DNA from: a virus
Taxonomy: Duplodnaviria > Caudoviricetes
Reading direction: 5' to 3' (one strand)
DNA: 64,000 bases
Virus record (IMG/VR): IMGVR_UViG_3300021387_000072
Location: 1-64,000 of that record
Position 1 is the first letter of the stretch; every line of letters begins with the position of its first letter. This document shows, piece by piece, positions 41,405 through 51,326 of this stretch. The translations under genes were made by a program, and so were the position numbers. The notes beneath the pieces were generated by a model that was not told the DNA's origin, ran no database searches, and saw only the letters and a program-made list of their open reading frames with translations.

Positions 41405-43249
41405 TCATGACACTGTTATTGTTGCCGAAGTGCCAGTGAATGTTGGCTGTGATACCGTGCCTGCTGGGGTATACTTACCTGTAGAAGTAAGAGATGCGCC
41501 AGTAAAGATAAGCTCCTTGCCAGTACCGGTAAAGGTAGGCTGGCTTGAAGTAGCGCTCTTAATACCGGTAGCGATCGTCTGACTTGAAAATGTAGGCAGA
41601 GTTACAGCCGTGGGCGTATTCGCAGTGAAGCTGCCAGCGGTCCAACCAAATGTCAGCGTTTCATTGGATACACTCGTAGTAAGCTCTGGCAGTGTACATG
41701 ATGCCTTCGTACCGGCAGTAACAGCACCACCACCACTTGCAGAAGCAGCCACATACTTCGTAGCTGTATTCACTGTCACTGTGATTGTAGGCGTACTTAC
41801 AGTACCAGCAGGCGTATAGTTTGCAGTACCCTCGCCGATACTGATTGTACCGGCTGGTGTGCCAGTCACTGACACGGATTTTTCAGTACCGGTGAATGTT
41901 GGCTTTGAAACTGTACCGGCAGGCTTATAAGTAGTAGAGGCACTATCTTTAAAAGCCAGAGCTTTAAGAGAACCGGTAGAGCCAAATTCATGCCATTTGT
42001 TATCTGTGCTTGAGAATATAAATTCAAGAGAACCGTAGATAACGATATCACCGGACTGAGGTGTATAGTTATTGGAATCAATAACGATAGGGGATGTAGT
42101 CGCACCATTCGTAAGTGCTGTGGTTGTTACGCCACGGTAATGCATACCACCTGACAGTGCAGTAGTGATAGGCTCAAGCACACTGGAAACATACGTTGCA
42201 ACAGCTGCAGACGTAGGCAGATTGCTGCTGCTTGCTGAAAGAGTTGTATCAACACCCTTTGCAGAAGCTGCGGCAAGTGTATAGCCGTTATACGTCTTAT
42301 TCGTAAGAGCCTGTGTATCACTGAGGTTTACAACCTGCTTACCATTTGAATACAGATGGTTACTCGAAATGTACACATTATCATTACTGTATGTCTGAGG
42401 AGAAGCAGCCTGGGTCTTAGCACCAATGACAAACAGCTTATTCGTTTCGTCATTTGTAGAACCAGTGGTGTTGGTTGTATTTGTAGGTACAACCCACGCA
42501 CCGTCACCGCGCAGGAAGCTTGCCTGCTTTCCTGCAGCGGGTGCTGGCACAAGACCTTTTGTACCGGCTGCTTCAGCAGTAGCACCACCCATTACAGTAC
42601 CCGGTATCGTTATCGTCCTTGAAGTGCCTGATGTAACGTGACCAAGCGTATTGGTTGTAATATCAGTAACAGTGAATGTACCGCCAAAGCCAGGAGATGC
42701 ATCTGCATCTGGCTTGCCATCTACAGCAGTGTAAGTTGGATGTGTGTACACGGTGTCTGTAGGCTTTGCCCATGTACCGTCACCACGAAGGAACTTACCC
42801 TGCTCACCAGCGGCTGGTGCAGGCACAATACCTTTCTGACCGCCAGCTTCTGATGTGGCACCTTTAAACTGCTGTTCTCCAAGGAAGACGAAATTTGTGC
42901 CGTCGTATATGTATTCATATACGTAACTGGCAATGCCACCGGCTCCAATATAACTTGAAGTAACAACGCCGCTCTTATAATAGATAGGCTTTGCCCCGGT
43001 ACCATTGACATTAAGCTTTGGCGAAGCAGCCGTGTTTGTGTTTGTGAATTTGACAGCGATGATAGCACCCGGCTGAAGTTCCCATCCGGTAACGCCACTT
43101 GCAAGTGTAACGGCTTTCTCTGCTGTGCCTGCTGCTGTTTCACAAGTGCCGAATGTGACATTGGTATAAGTCAGGTGTGATCTCGCTGTAGCGTCTTTGA
43201 TATTATATGAACTGCCAGAAGGCAGAACAACTTTTGAAATATCAGCCAT
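41405..43249 (-). CDS. Fibre protein with P(A/T)GTVSxPTFTGT repeats
   Basis: Shares 'MADISK...YNIKDAxAR' and 'FGTCxTAAxT' with the downstream fibre; TAATG coupling to the upstream gene. Confidence 0.75.
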   Translation of the reverse strand: MADISKVVLPSGSSYNIKDATARSHLTYTNVTFGTCETAAGTAEKAVTLASGVTGWELQPGAIIAVKFTNTNTAASPKLNVNGTGAKPIYYKSGVVTSSYIGAGGIASYVYEYIYDGTNFVFLGEQQFKGATSEAGGQKGIVPAPAAGEQGKFLRGDGTWAKPTDTVYTHPTYTAVDGKPDADASPGFGGTFTVTDITTNTLGHVTSGTSRTITIPGTVMGGATAEAAGTKGLVPAPAAGKQASFLRGDGAWVVPTNTTNTTGSTNDETNKLFVIGAKTQAASPQTYSNDNVYISSNHLYSNGKQVVNLSDTQALTNKTYNGYTLAAASAKGVDTTLSASSSNLPTSAAVATYVSSVLEPITTALSGGMHYRGVTTTALTNGATTSPIVIDSNNYTPQSGDIVIYGSLEFIFSSTDNKWHEFGSTGSLKALAFKDSASTTYKPAGTVSKPTFTGTEKSVSVTGTPAGTISIGEGTANYTPAGTVSTPTITVTVNTATKYVAASASGGGAVTAGTKASCTLPELTTSVSNETLTFGWTAGSFTANTPTAVTLPTFSSQTIATGIKSATSSQPTFTGTGKELIFTGASLTSTGKYTPAGTVSQPTFTGTSATITVS

Positions 43250-44286
43250 TAGGTATACCACCCTTCATATTTAAAAACGATAGCATCCTGCTCTTCGTCC
43301 GCTTCGAGATCCAGCATTTCAGAATCTCTCAGCTTTTGTTCGATTTTATCAAAACGATTACTTCTCGCAGAGAAAGACATACTGACATCAAAATCGTCAA
43401 TAGAGAAGTTGGAGGAGTCTGTCTTCTGTAATACAAGATTAAATGTATACCCCGGCTCTGATATCACATATGAGTCACCGGCATTCAATGTTATATAGCG
43501 AACAAACTCATTGCCTGATGCTGAATAAAAGAAGACCTTCATCTTATAGCCTTCTTTCACTTTAAACAAAGTGCCGGTAGGGAAGGGGACCAAGACGGAC
43601 ATACGGAGAGAAGTCTGTCGCTTACCGACATAAAGATAACTTCCATCATAGATATTGATATCTCCATACATCCACAAAGAGTCTACGCCATAATCGTTTA
43701 AAGCGTCTGAGTAGAGTTCACTCATGACGCTATCCAAATCAATCTTGAGTTTTTCAATCTCTTCGGTATTTAACTGAATAGCTTTTTTATTATTGAAAAT
43801 TCTACTGATGTAGCCAGTAATACGCATATACGTTTTATTGCTGTCTATATCAATTACTCCCAGAGGGACACTCTGAATCACGTACCTTACATTATACGAA
43901 TTATCAATAACATATGACCCTTCACCTATGATCTCTTTTGATTTTATAAACTGAGTTTCATCGTCTATATCGTAGAGATATAGCATAGCCTTACATCCTT
44001 CAGCTACATAAAAAAGAGTGCCTGTTTTGCATGCCATATAAGATGTTGCTGCAATACTGGTTCTGGAAGAATTTTCAATAAGCGTTCCACTTTCTGGATC
44101 TATATCCGCATACATAAAGTAATCACTTAAGGGATAATGTGCATTCTCCACAAACTCATAAGAGTCTTCCATGATTCTTTTGACTGTTGCAGACAGATTC
44201 GGAATTTCCCGCTTTTCAAGCTTTTCTATTCTGCTTAACTGACGTTCGTCACCAAGCAGATAATTGTATAAAAAAGTCTTTGTCAT
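43249..44286 (-). CDS. Virion accessory protein with a duplicated beta domain
   Basis: Two similar units ('FMYADIDPESG..GTLFYVAEGCKAM' and 'WMYGDINIYDG..GTLFKVKEGYKMK') joined by a coiled coil. Confidence 0.6.
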   Translation of the reverse strand: MTKTFLYNYLLGDERQLSRIEKLEKREIPNLSATVKRIMEDSYEFVENAHYPLSDYFMYADIDPESGTLIENSSRTSIAATSYMACKTGTLFYVAEGCKAMLYLYDIDDETQFIKSKEIIGEGSYVIDNSYNVRYVIQSVPLGVIDIDSNKTYMRITGYISRIFNNKKAIQLNTEEIEKLKIDLDSVMSELYSDALNDYGVDSLWMYGDINIYDGSYLYVGKRQTSLRMSVLVPFPTGTLFKVKEGYKMKVFFYSASGNEFVRYITLNAGDSYVISEPGYTFNLVLQKTDSSNFSIDDFDVSMSFSARSNRFDKIEQKLRDSEMLDLEADEEQDAIVFKYEGWYT

Positions 44287-45080
44287 TATGGATCACTTCC
44301 AGAATCTACATTGCTTACAACAATACCTCCACGTTCATCAAAACTGATTTCGTAGATTTCGTTCTTATCGTTCTTCAGCAGCATACCGTTCATAATGCCT
44401 GTCTTAACATTACCATCGGCACCGACAAACAATGTTGTACCGGCAAGGCGTTCATCCTGTGCCTTCATAACAACCTCACTCCTCCTGGCATACTCATCGT
44501 CGAGCGTCTTCTTAAGCTGAGTGAGTTCTGTTTTCAGCATGTTTATTTCTTCCATGGTTTTCTGTTCCTCGGCATTATTATCCACGATCATCCATCCCTG
44601 GTTTCCTTCCGGGTCTGCGATCTCCTGCTGAAGATCTTCAAGTTGTTTGACGGTTATAATTTTCCCAACAAGTTCTTCATCTGAGTTCTGAACATACGGA
44701 CCAATTACAAACTCATCGCCAGCCTCAAGAGGATGAATACGCATACGCTCTCCCGGTGCGGTATAATACTTCGTCACATCAAAGATGTAGTCGTTATTAT
44801 AGTCCCACTGGTTATCGACAAAGCATATAAATGGATCCACGGAATCTACCTTTACACGGAGAGCTTTAAGACCGCCGTATATGGCTGTTTCCTCGATAAT
44901 CTCGAAATACGAGTTCTGAAAATCTTCCGGGGTTGGTATTTGGGTTTCAAATGTTTCGGCATCGTATTTTAATATGGCACCGTTACATATTGACAGACCA
45001 GTTTCATTCGATGCAAACCCATAATATATATTATTCGTCAGCACTGTCATGTACCCATATGAAAGTACCATATACGACAC
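44286..45080 (-). CDS. Head decoration-like paralog 4 with coiled-coil C-terminal extension
   Basis: YGYMTV...DNQWDYN...RIHPLEAGDEF followed by a heptad segment. Confidence 0.65.
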   Translation of the reverse strand: MSYMVLSYGYMTVLTNNIYYGFASNETGLSICNGAILKYDAETFETQIPTPEDFQNSYFEIIEETAIYGGLKALRVKVDSVDPFICFVDNQWDYNNDYIFDVTKYYTAPGERMRIHPLEAGDEFVIGPYVQNSDEELVGKIITVKQLEDLQQEIADPEGNQGWMIVDNNAEEQKTMEEINMLKTELTQLKKTLDDEYARRSEVVMKAQDERLAGTTLFVGADGNVKTGIMNGMLLKNDKNEIYEISFDERGGIVVSNVDSGSDP

Positions 45081-45093
45081 CTTCTTTCTTTAC

Positions 45094-45552
45094 TTAAGAG
45101 AAGGTGCGTTCATTCAGTTTCAGACAATCAAACTTCTTGTTCAGAAGATTCTCTGCTTCAGTATAGGGTCCGACAAGGAATTCCTCACCTTCAGACAGGG
45201 CATGAACTCGCATCATGTCTCCGGCTTCAACGCAATGTGTCTTCGGGTCATATGCGCAAGAATCATTATAGTTCCACTGATTCTCAACAAAGTAGAGAAG
45301 GTCAACAAGCTTATTGACGCGGATACGGACGGCAGGAAGGCCATCATAAACATCCGTTACTTCCACGATCTCAAACTCGTTGCCTCCATCCTCAGTGACG
45401 GCAACGAGACTGAGATCGGTGGTATCCGCATGAAGAATGTCAGACATGACAATCTCACCATTGAAAACCTTCTTCTCAGTATCGTTGATTGCACTGCCAT
45501 AGAAAACGTTATCATTACAGACGGTCATATATCCATAAGAATGATCAATCAT
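45094..45552 (-). CDS. Head decoration-like paralog 3
   Basis: YGYMTV...YDGLPA...ENQWNYND...RVHALSEGEEF. Confidence 0.65.
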   Translation of the reverse strand: MIDHSYGYMTVCNDNVFYGSAINDTEKKVFNGEIVMSDILHADTTDLSLVAVTEDGGNEFEIVEVTDVYDGLPAVRIRVNKLVDLLYFVENQWNYNDSCAYDPKTHCVEAGDMMRVHALSEGEEFLVGPYTEAENLLNKKFDCLKLNERTFS

Positions 45553-45558
45553 TTTTTA

Positions 45559-46065
45559 TCATTCCTTTCCTTTAAACGGCAGATCGTCCAGAGTAAGCTC
45601 ACTGCCAACAGTCATTGCTACCTGCTTATAGAGTACAAACACTTCACCGGTCTGCAGCTTATGCGCACGAAGCCTGTGATTCTGTTCAGTGCCGTAAGTC
45701 TTGGTATCATAAGACATACTGTCGTTATAATCCTGCAGGCTCTCGACAAAGTACAGAGGCTCTGTACCCAGCTGCTTGACATAGATATGGTTTGCGATAA
45801 GGTCCACGTTCACGCCGCTGACAACGGGCGTTTCCTCAAGACTGCCTTCGATAGCGTCAGTCTTAATGCAGATAAACTTATAGTCGCCGGTAGGCTTGGG
45901 ACCGCCAAGAACGATAGGACCGTACTCATTGGTATTATCTACATCCAGTGTCATGAGTGAACCATTCTGCACTGCATCTTCGAGGTTATTCATATAAGCG
46001 CCAAGATAGGTTTCGTCACGCAGAACAGTCATCTGACCGTACTGCACAGTTTTACTAAAAGCCAT
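45559..46065 (-). CDS. Head decoration-like paralog 2
   Basis: YGQMTV...ESLQDYND...RAHKLQTGEVF. Confidence 0.65.
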   Translation of the reverse strand: MAFSKTVQYGQMTVLRDETYLGAYMNNLEDAVQNGSLMTLDVDNTNEYGPIVLGGPKPTGDYKFICIKTDAIEGSLEETPVVSGVNVDLIANHIYVKQLGTEPLYFVESLQDYNDSMSYDTKTYGTEQNHRLRAHKLQTGEVFVLYKQVAMTVGSELTLDDLPFKGKE

Positions 46066-46079
46066 AATCTCACATCCTT

Positions 46080-46580
46080 TTATGATGCCACGGTCATGGT
46101 ATTGTCACCGGTGATTGTGACAATCGTTCCAGGCTGATATGTTTCTATAATATTGGGATCAAGGCTGATGATAAACATTTCACCGGCATGCAGACGATGC
46201 AGACGCACATAGTCGCCCTTCGCAGCAGCATACCTTGTCATGTCATACTTCCAGTCATCATTGTAGTCCCACTGATCGTCCACGAGGAAGAACTCGCCGC
46301 CAGGGGTAATATTCTTTACGAGGATCTCGATAGCCGGGATACCGTCGTAAACAGTGGTGGCACTGTGAACCACACCGGTCAGCGTACCGCCATTGGTACT
46401 CCGGGTGATAATAAACAGTGACTTCCGCTGATCATCATTAGCGTCAAACTTCAGATTGGCATGCACACAATTCTGAAGTAGGCCGTCATCACCATTGATG
46501 GCACGTCCTTCATAGTTCAGATCTGTGAGCATGGTCATATACCCGCACATCGGGTAGCTTGTCGTATAATCGAACGCCAT
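46080..46580 (-). CDS. Head decoration-like paralog 1
   Basis: CGYMTM...YDGIPA...DDQWDYND...RLHRLHAGEMF. Confidence 0.65.
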   Translation of the reverse strand: MAFDYTTSYPMCGYMTMLTDLNYEGRAINGDDGLLQNCVHANLKFDANDDQRKSLFIITRSTNGGTLTGVVHSATTVYDGIPAIEILVKNITPGGEFFLVDDQWDYNDDWKYDMTRYAAAKGDYVRLHRLHAGEMFIISLDPNIIETYQPGTIVTITGDNTMTVAS

Positions 46581-46594
46581 TGTCTTTCACCTCA

Positions 46595-47953
46595 TTATGC
46601 TTTATCCAGAAGCGAGAAATGCGTTCTGGGTTCTGGTTCGTTATTGTCACGCTTCTCCAGAAGAGAGAAACGGTTGGCGGATCCAAGGTCACTGACAAAA
46701 GGGTTTGTCTGTGTGGTATCCACATGCGCCGCAGAAGCAACAGTCCTTGTCGGCTCAGTCTCTGACATTGCGTCGATCTTCGTCTTAAGCTCGGCGATCT
46801 CTGCAATCAGTGTCTGCACTGCAGAAGCAAGCGCCTGAACTTCGCTCTGTTCATTCGAAGCTGTAGTTTCTGCTTCCGTTTCCGAAGCTGTAGTTTTGAC
46901 TTCAGTTTCCGCAGCAGTTTCAGCAGACGCAGTTTCCTGTGCTTCTTTTTCATACACGTTCTCCGTCACAATACGATCAATGGTTTCAGCCCTTGCGCTG
47001 TTGCCAGTATCGGAATCATAAACGTCAGTAGCACTTATTGTGGTATCCTCCTGCCGCACATAGATAGCAGCCTGATTTCTCTCGCCGTTATCTTCCTGTG
47101 CAGCGGCTTCTTCCGTATGCTCCTCTTCGACTGAAGCTGTATTCGTTTCAGCCGCCTGCACGGCAGGCTCGGTAGGGGCTGGGGTCTCTTCCACATTAGC
47201 ATTCTCGGTAACGGGGTTTTCCGTGGTCTCTGCCGCAGTTTCATTTACCTGAGGCTCTGCTTCTGGCGTTCCCGTCTGCTCGGTCTGTTCCGTCTGTTCG
47301 GCGTTCTCAGTCGTAGCTTCTGTGGATTCATTCTTGGCTTCAGCTGCTTCTTCTGCAGCCTGAATCTGAATGTTATCTTTATTCATGGTTTCATCTCCCT
47401 GATTTAAACACTGGGCGATAAGCTGCATAGCAACAGCCTCATCACAAGCGGGATGTGTTACGATAGCGGCACCTTCGAGATAGTTCTTCTCGCTTGCGTC
47501 AACAATCATATTCCCGTCTTCGTCTTCTGAATGTTCTCCAACAAGAAGTTCAAAACTGAATTTCAAACCGCCAGAAGCAAACAGATTACTGATAGCGGAA
47601 CATACTTCACGGTATCTCTTTAAAATTTTAGCCGTAATGATGCACTGAGCGCCATCCTCTGTTTCCCTTTTCTCGAAATCAACGATGGACCCGATGATCT
47701 GACTTGTGAAAACATCCAGAAGTTTATTATATTTATGATCAATGTCTTTGCCCTTTATCAAACCATTGACATCAGCACAAAGCGGATCACCGATATACTT
47801 CTTCTTATGGGCAATGATCTCGTCCATGAAAGCTTCGGTAACCCTGACCTTATTGGCGTTAACCTTCAGATTGAAGAGTACGCCCTTGACATATATACAT
47901 GCGTCATTGGTTTGCAGTTCGGAGATGACAGCATCCGCAATTATTCTATGCAT
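46595..47953 (-). CDS. Prohead protease/scaffold
   Basis: After portal; 'KFSFEL', 'GAAIVTHPA' protease-like N-domain plus acidic low-complexity and coiled-coil scaffold region. Confidence 0.75.
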   Translation of the reverse strand: MHRIIADAVISELQTNDACIYVKGVLFNLKVNANKVRVTEAFMDEIIAHKKKYIGDPLCADVNGLIKGKDIDHKYNKLLDVFTSQIIGSIVDFEKRETEDGAQCIITAKILKRYREVCSAISNLFASGGLKFSFELLVGEHSEDEDGNMIVDASEKNYLEGAAIVTHPACDEAVAMQLIAQCLNQGDETMNKDNIQIQAAEEAAEAKNESTEATTENAEQTEQTEQTGTPEAEPQVNETAAETTENPVTENANVEETPAPTEPAVQAAETNTASVEEEHTEEAAAQEDNGERNQAAIYVRQEDTTISATDVYDSDTGNSARAETIDRIVTENVYEKEAQETASAETAAETEVKTTASETEAETTASNEQSEVQALASAVQTLIAEIAELKTKIDAMSETEPTRTVASAAHVDTTQTNPFVSDLGSANRFSLLEKRDNNEPEPRTHFSLLDKA

Positions 47954-48083
47954 TATCCATCATCCTTTTATTTATACACACTGGTAGGAGTCAGTGTGTA
48001 CTTTTAATTTAAAAGAAGGCCGGTATACCGACCTATAAGCACCAGTCTGTTTCTTTAATGTCTTGCAGGCAAAAAGACAAACG

Positions 48084-49658
48084 TCATGTAGTGTTGGATT
48101 CTTTTTTAGCTTTCCGTGTCTGGGTGCTAGTCTGAGAATCCTTTGGATCAGAATGCCGTTCTTCATCCGACTTGGTTGGACGGCCTGCTTCACCACTGCT
48201 ACTTTCTTCCGTATTCTGTACTGTTATGCGACTGACGAATACATCGTCAGTACCATTCTCGGCTTCCTGTTCTCTGCGTTCTTTCTCTCTTGCTATGCTA
48301 TAGCCCTTCGATTCAAGATACGTCTGTGTAGAGACAACGCCGTTAAGCCACAGTTTTTCACACTCCTCACGGAGTTCTTTCTGACCGCTCATGCTGAGTG
48401 GTTTGAAGTGGAAAACCGGGACATTCTTAAGATTATTCGTATGAATAAGCTTAATGTCTTCTATCAGCCGAAGATTCACTTTGAACATGAAATCTTCGAA
48501 CTCACGTCTTGCGGCTTCTATGCGGGAAGCCGCAGACTGTACCGATACCTGGGCAGAGGCAAAGGTGGAACCTTCCTCGCCAGAACCGGATACAATGATG
48601 CCAGCAATACCGCCTGCAGAAAGGATGTCAGCATTAACCTGCTCATACATAGGCCACTGATACAGGTCACTCATATCGGCCTGTATAACAGAGGACTTGG
48701 CAAGGTAGGGGACAACCACAAGAGGATTATCCCTCATGCCTTTCTGGTAGACATTGCGTATCGTCTTGATCTGCTGTTCATCTGGCAGCATTTCATAAGG
48801 CATCTTCTCGTCGCCAACCCTGACCTCGACAAAGGATCTCATTCCGATATTCAGCTGTGCAGCCTCATACTTGGATATAAGTTCTTTCTTGGCAAGGGCT
48901 GGCAATGCGCTTGCAATCCACGGAACCGCATAGCGCATCCAGCCTTCTTTGGTACCCTGAAACACATACGTGTTATCCGGGTTAAGCCTCGCATACTGTG
49001 TACCTTGCTTGAGAGCTTCAGCCACTTCAGGAGGATAACCAGCAAGGATATCTTCAAGGCTGTTGTCTTCAACACCGTCTATATCAGTAGTCGTGTACAT
49101 GCGCTGCTGGAATTCCATCTTAAGACTCTGAACATCGTAGTCCACGATGGGAGTACCGTTGACGGTAATCTGACCGATCTTACACTTTGCAGGATTCAGG
49201 GTCATGATGTTTCCGTTCCAGATATAGCAGAACACGTTGGCGTACTTATAGAACTGTGTAAAGATATCGTCAATCTTTTCACGGAGCCGCATCTTCTCAT
49301 AATGCTCTTCGAAGATTGCTATGGTCTTTTCCGTATCGCATGTGAGATACCAGTCTCCGACAGAGAAAGGTACATAGACGTGCTTGATAATACCATGAAC
49401 AATGGGATCAGCATCAGTGTAGTAATCCGCAAGCTGGTAAAAAGTATTGATGTTTCTTTGTTTGTCTCTAAGGAGACTGTCGTAGTCTGCAGAATTAAGG
49501 TCACTGCTGTATGTGATATTGGAATTCTCAAACGCAGTCAGTTCCTTTTCTCCTGTATCATCCATAGCTCCCCAGACAATGATTGGTTTGTGAGACTGTG
49601 CACTGGCAGTCTGACGTGCATTTCTTCTGAATAAATTGCGCAGGCTGAATCTCGCCAT
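48084..49658 (-). CDS. Portal protein
   Basis: About 525 aa directly after the large terminase. Confidence 0.8.
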   Translation of the reverse strand: MARFSLRNLFRRNARQTASAQSHKPIIVWGAMDDTGEKELTAFENSNITYSSDLNSADYDSLLRDKQRNINTFYQLADYYTDADPIVHGIIKHVYVPFSVGDWYLTCDTEKTIAIFEEHYEKMRLREKIDDIFTQFYKYANVFCYIWNGNIMTLNPAKCKIGQITVNGTPIVDYDVQSLKMEFQQRMYTTTDIDGVEDNSLEDILAGYPPEVAEALKQGTQYARLNPDNTYVFQGTKEGWMRYAVPWIASALPALAKKELISKYEAAQLNIGMRSFVEVRVGDEKMPYEMLPDEQQIKTIRNVYQKGMRDNPLVVVPYLAKSSVIQADMSDLYQWPMYEQVNADILSAGGIAGIIVSGSGEEGSTFASAQVSVQSAASRIEAARREFEDFMFKVNLRLIEDIKLIHTNNLKNVPVFHFKPLSMSGQKELREECEKLWLNGVVSTQTYLESKGYSIAREKERREQEAENGTDDVFVSRITVQNTEESSSGEAGRPTKSDEERHSDPKDSQTSTQTRKAKKESNTT

Positions 49659-49670
49659 ATGCACACCTCC

Positions 49671-51314
49671 TTAAAACTTACTGGCAATGCCCCAGCATAC
49701 TGGTCCACGTTTATGCTTCTTGATATTGTCATCTTCCAGAATACCGATGTAGTCACAGCCCATAGCCACAGAACTGTAGCGGTCCTTATGGGTACCAGCT
49801 CTGAACGTATCGTAGATGGCGTTGCCGGAAGAACTTATCTTGCAGACAATGTTGCCCATCTCGTACTGAAGTGCGTCGGCTTCAAGGAACACTGCGTAGG
49901 TTTCCTCATCCATAGTAAACTTCTCGTCAGGATTCTGAGCCTTGGCCTGCATGATACGGCTTGACTTTGGCAGCTGCAGAGTCTGCTTCTCAAGGAACAC
50001 GCGCATTGTTGAAGCCATGTGCTGGTTGATTGTCTGTACAGCGCGTATAGGATGCAGCTTCGGTTCGGCATTAGGAATAGACATCGGCTCGTCATCATGG
50101 ACGAGCGGTGGATATTCCTTGCCGGTTTCAGTATCAATCCATGCATCCATAAAGAATTTAGAAAAAGAATCGCCGACACCACGAGCGTCGTAGACGATTC
50201 TCTCTGCATTCGGAAAGCGTTTATGATAAATGATACGAACCTCATTGGACAGAACGTCCAGGCCCTTACCATTCATTGACCGCATATAGACAAGCTTCTT
50301 CATGAAGCTGCCATCGTTTCTCTCCGCAAACTTAATTACGGAGACGATTGTATTGTCCGAGCCTTTGGCATCCGACGTAGCAATGTCAACAGCGATAACG
50401 TAACGGCTCTTGCTGTTCTTTGGCTGTGCAAGCTCGATCTGTTCCAGTGTTCTGCACGGTTCCGTCAAAGAATATGGAAAGGCCGAGTTCTCTGTTGCAC
50501 CGGCAAAGATGGATCCATATTCCATATCAAAGATCTGCTTCGCCATACGTGCCTGTTCTTTCTCGAAAAACTCAGCATCCGTTATGCCATCGTCTATAGC
50601 CGCCTCATACGACAAGGCGCAGGCAAAGGCTTCAGGCTTGCCTGCCGCCATGTCTCTGGCAACACGCTTGAAGTCTTCATAAAAGGTATTTGTCTTTTCA
50701 CATGCAGAGGTTATGGCAACGAACTTTGAAGGATAATCCTTAAAGTTGTACTGCCTGCTGATATCACGCCTGTAGTTGGACAGAGGCTTGACGATAGCAT
50801 CAATGTCATCCTGCTCAAGCATAAGAGCTTCATCAATAACAATGACCTTGGCTCTGCGTCCTCTGGCGCTTATAAGGCTGGAGCTTTCCATATAGGATCC
50901 GTTCTTGAAGTAGCACGATCCCTTATCCTTGGAAAGCTGAACCAATGTACGTGAACCGTTTGTTTTAAGCTCCGCAGCCATATTGGGATTCATATCCACA
51001 AGCTGCTTGAGCTTACCGAAAACAAGAGTAGCCTGCTGTGCAGTACCGGAACACACAAAGATGATCGTACCCGGATAGAGAGAACACAGTGCAAAGCATG
51101 CGATAGCGATGACATACGTTTTACCGTAACCACGAGAACACACGTCCTTTGCATCACTGCATCTTCCGAACTCTCTGACAATGATCTTCTGTGTAGGCAT
51201 GAGCTTTATTGGCGCGAACTGATCCTCGATAAAGATATCAAGGTGATCTCTGTAGAACATGACCTGCTCTTCCATAAGATCCCAGTTCGAGATAACGCCT
51301 GGCTTTGCAATCAT
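49671..51314 (-). CDS. terL: Terminase large subunit
   Basis: Walker A SRGYGKT, Walker B VIVIDE, nuclease acidic motifs VDIA, YDARG, HKDRYSS. Confidence 0.93.
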   Translation of the reverse strand: MIAKPGVISNWDLMEEQVMFYRDHLDIFIEDQFAPIKLMPTQKIIVREFGRCSDAKDVCSRGYGKTYVIAIACFALCSLYPGTIIFVCSGTAQQATLVFGKLKQLVDMNPNMAAELKTNGSRTLVQLSKDKGSCYFKNGSYMESSSLISARGRRAKVIVIDEALMLEQDDIDAIVKPLSNYRRDISRQYNFKDYPSKFVAITSACEKTNTFYEDFKRVARDMAAGKPEAFACALSYEAAIDDGITDAEFFEKEQARMAKQIFDMEYGSIFAGATENSAFPYSLTEPCRTLEQIELAQPKNSKSRYVIAVDIATSDAKGSDNTIVSVIKFAERNDGSFMKKLVYMRSMNGKGLDVLSNEVRIIYHKRFPNAERIVYDARGVGDSFSKFFMDAWIDTETGKEYPPLVHDDEPMSIPNAEPKLHPIRAVQTINQHMASTMRVFLEKQTLQLPKSSRIMQAKAQNPDEKFTMDEETYAVFLEADALQYEMGNIVCKISSSGNAIYDTFRAGTHKDRYSSVAMGCDYIGILEDDNIKKHKRGPVCWGIASKF

Positions 51315-51326
51315 AGAACCACCGCC

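Noticed and set aside
48063-49634. Long plus-strand ORFs antisense to portal, capsid, tail tube and Dit (also 34212-35282, 29686-30411, 6542-7477) and minus-strand ORFs opposite the RNAP and RNase H
   Set aside because: Shadow frames of codon-biased real genes with no recognisable motifs
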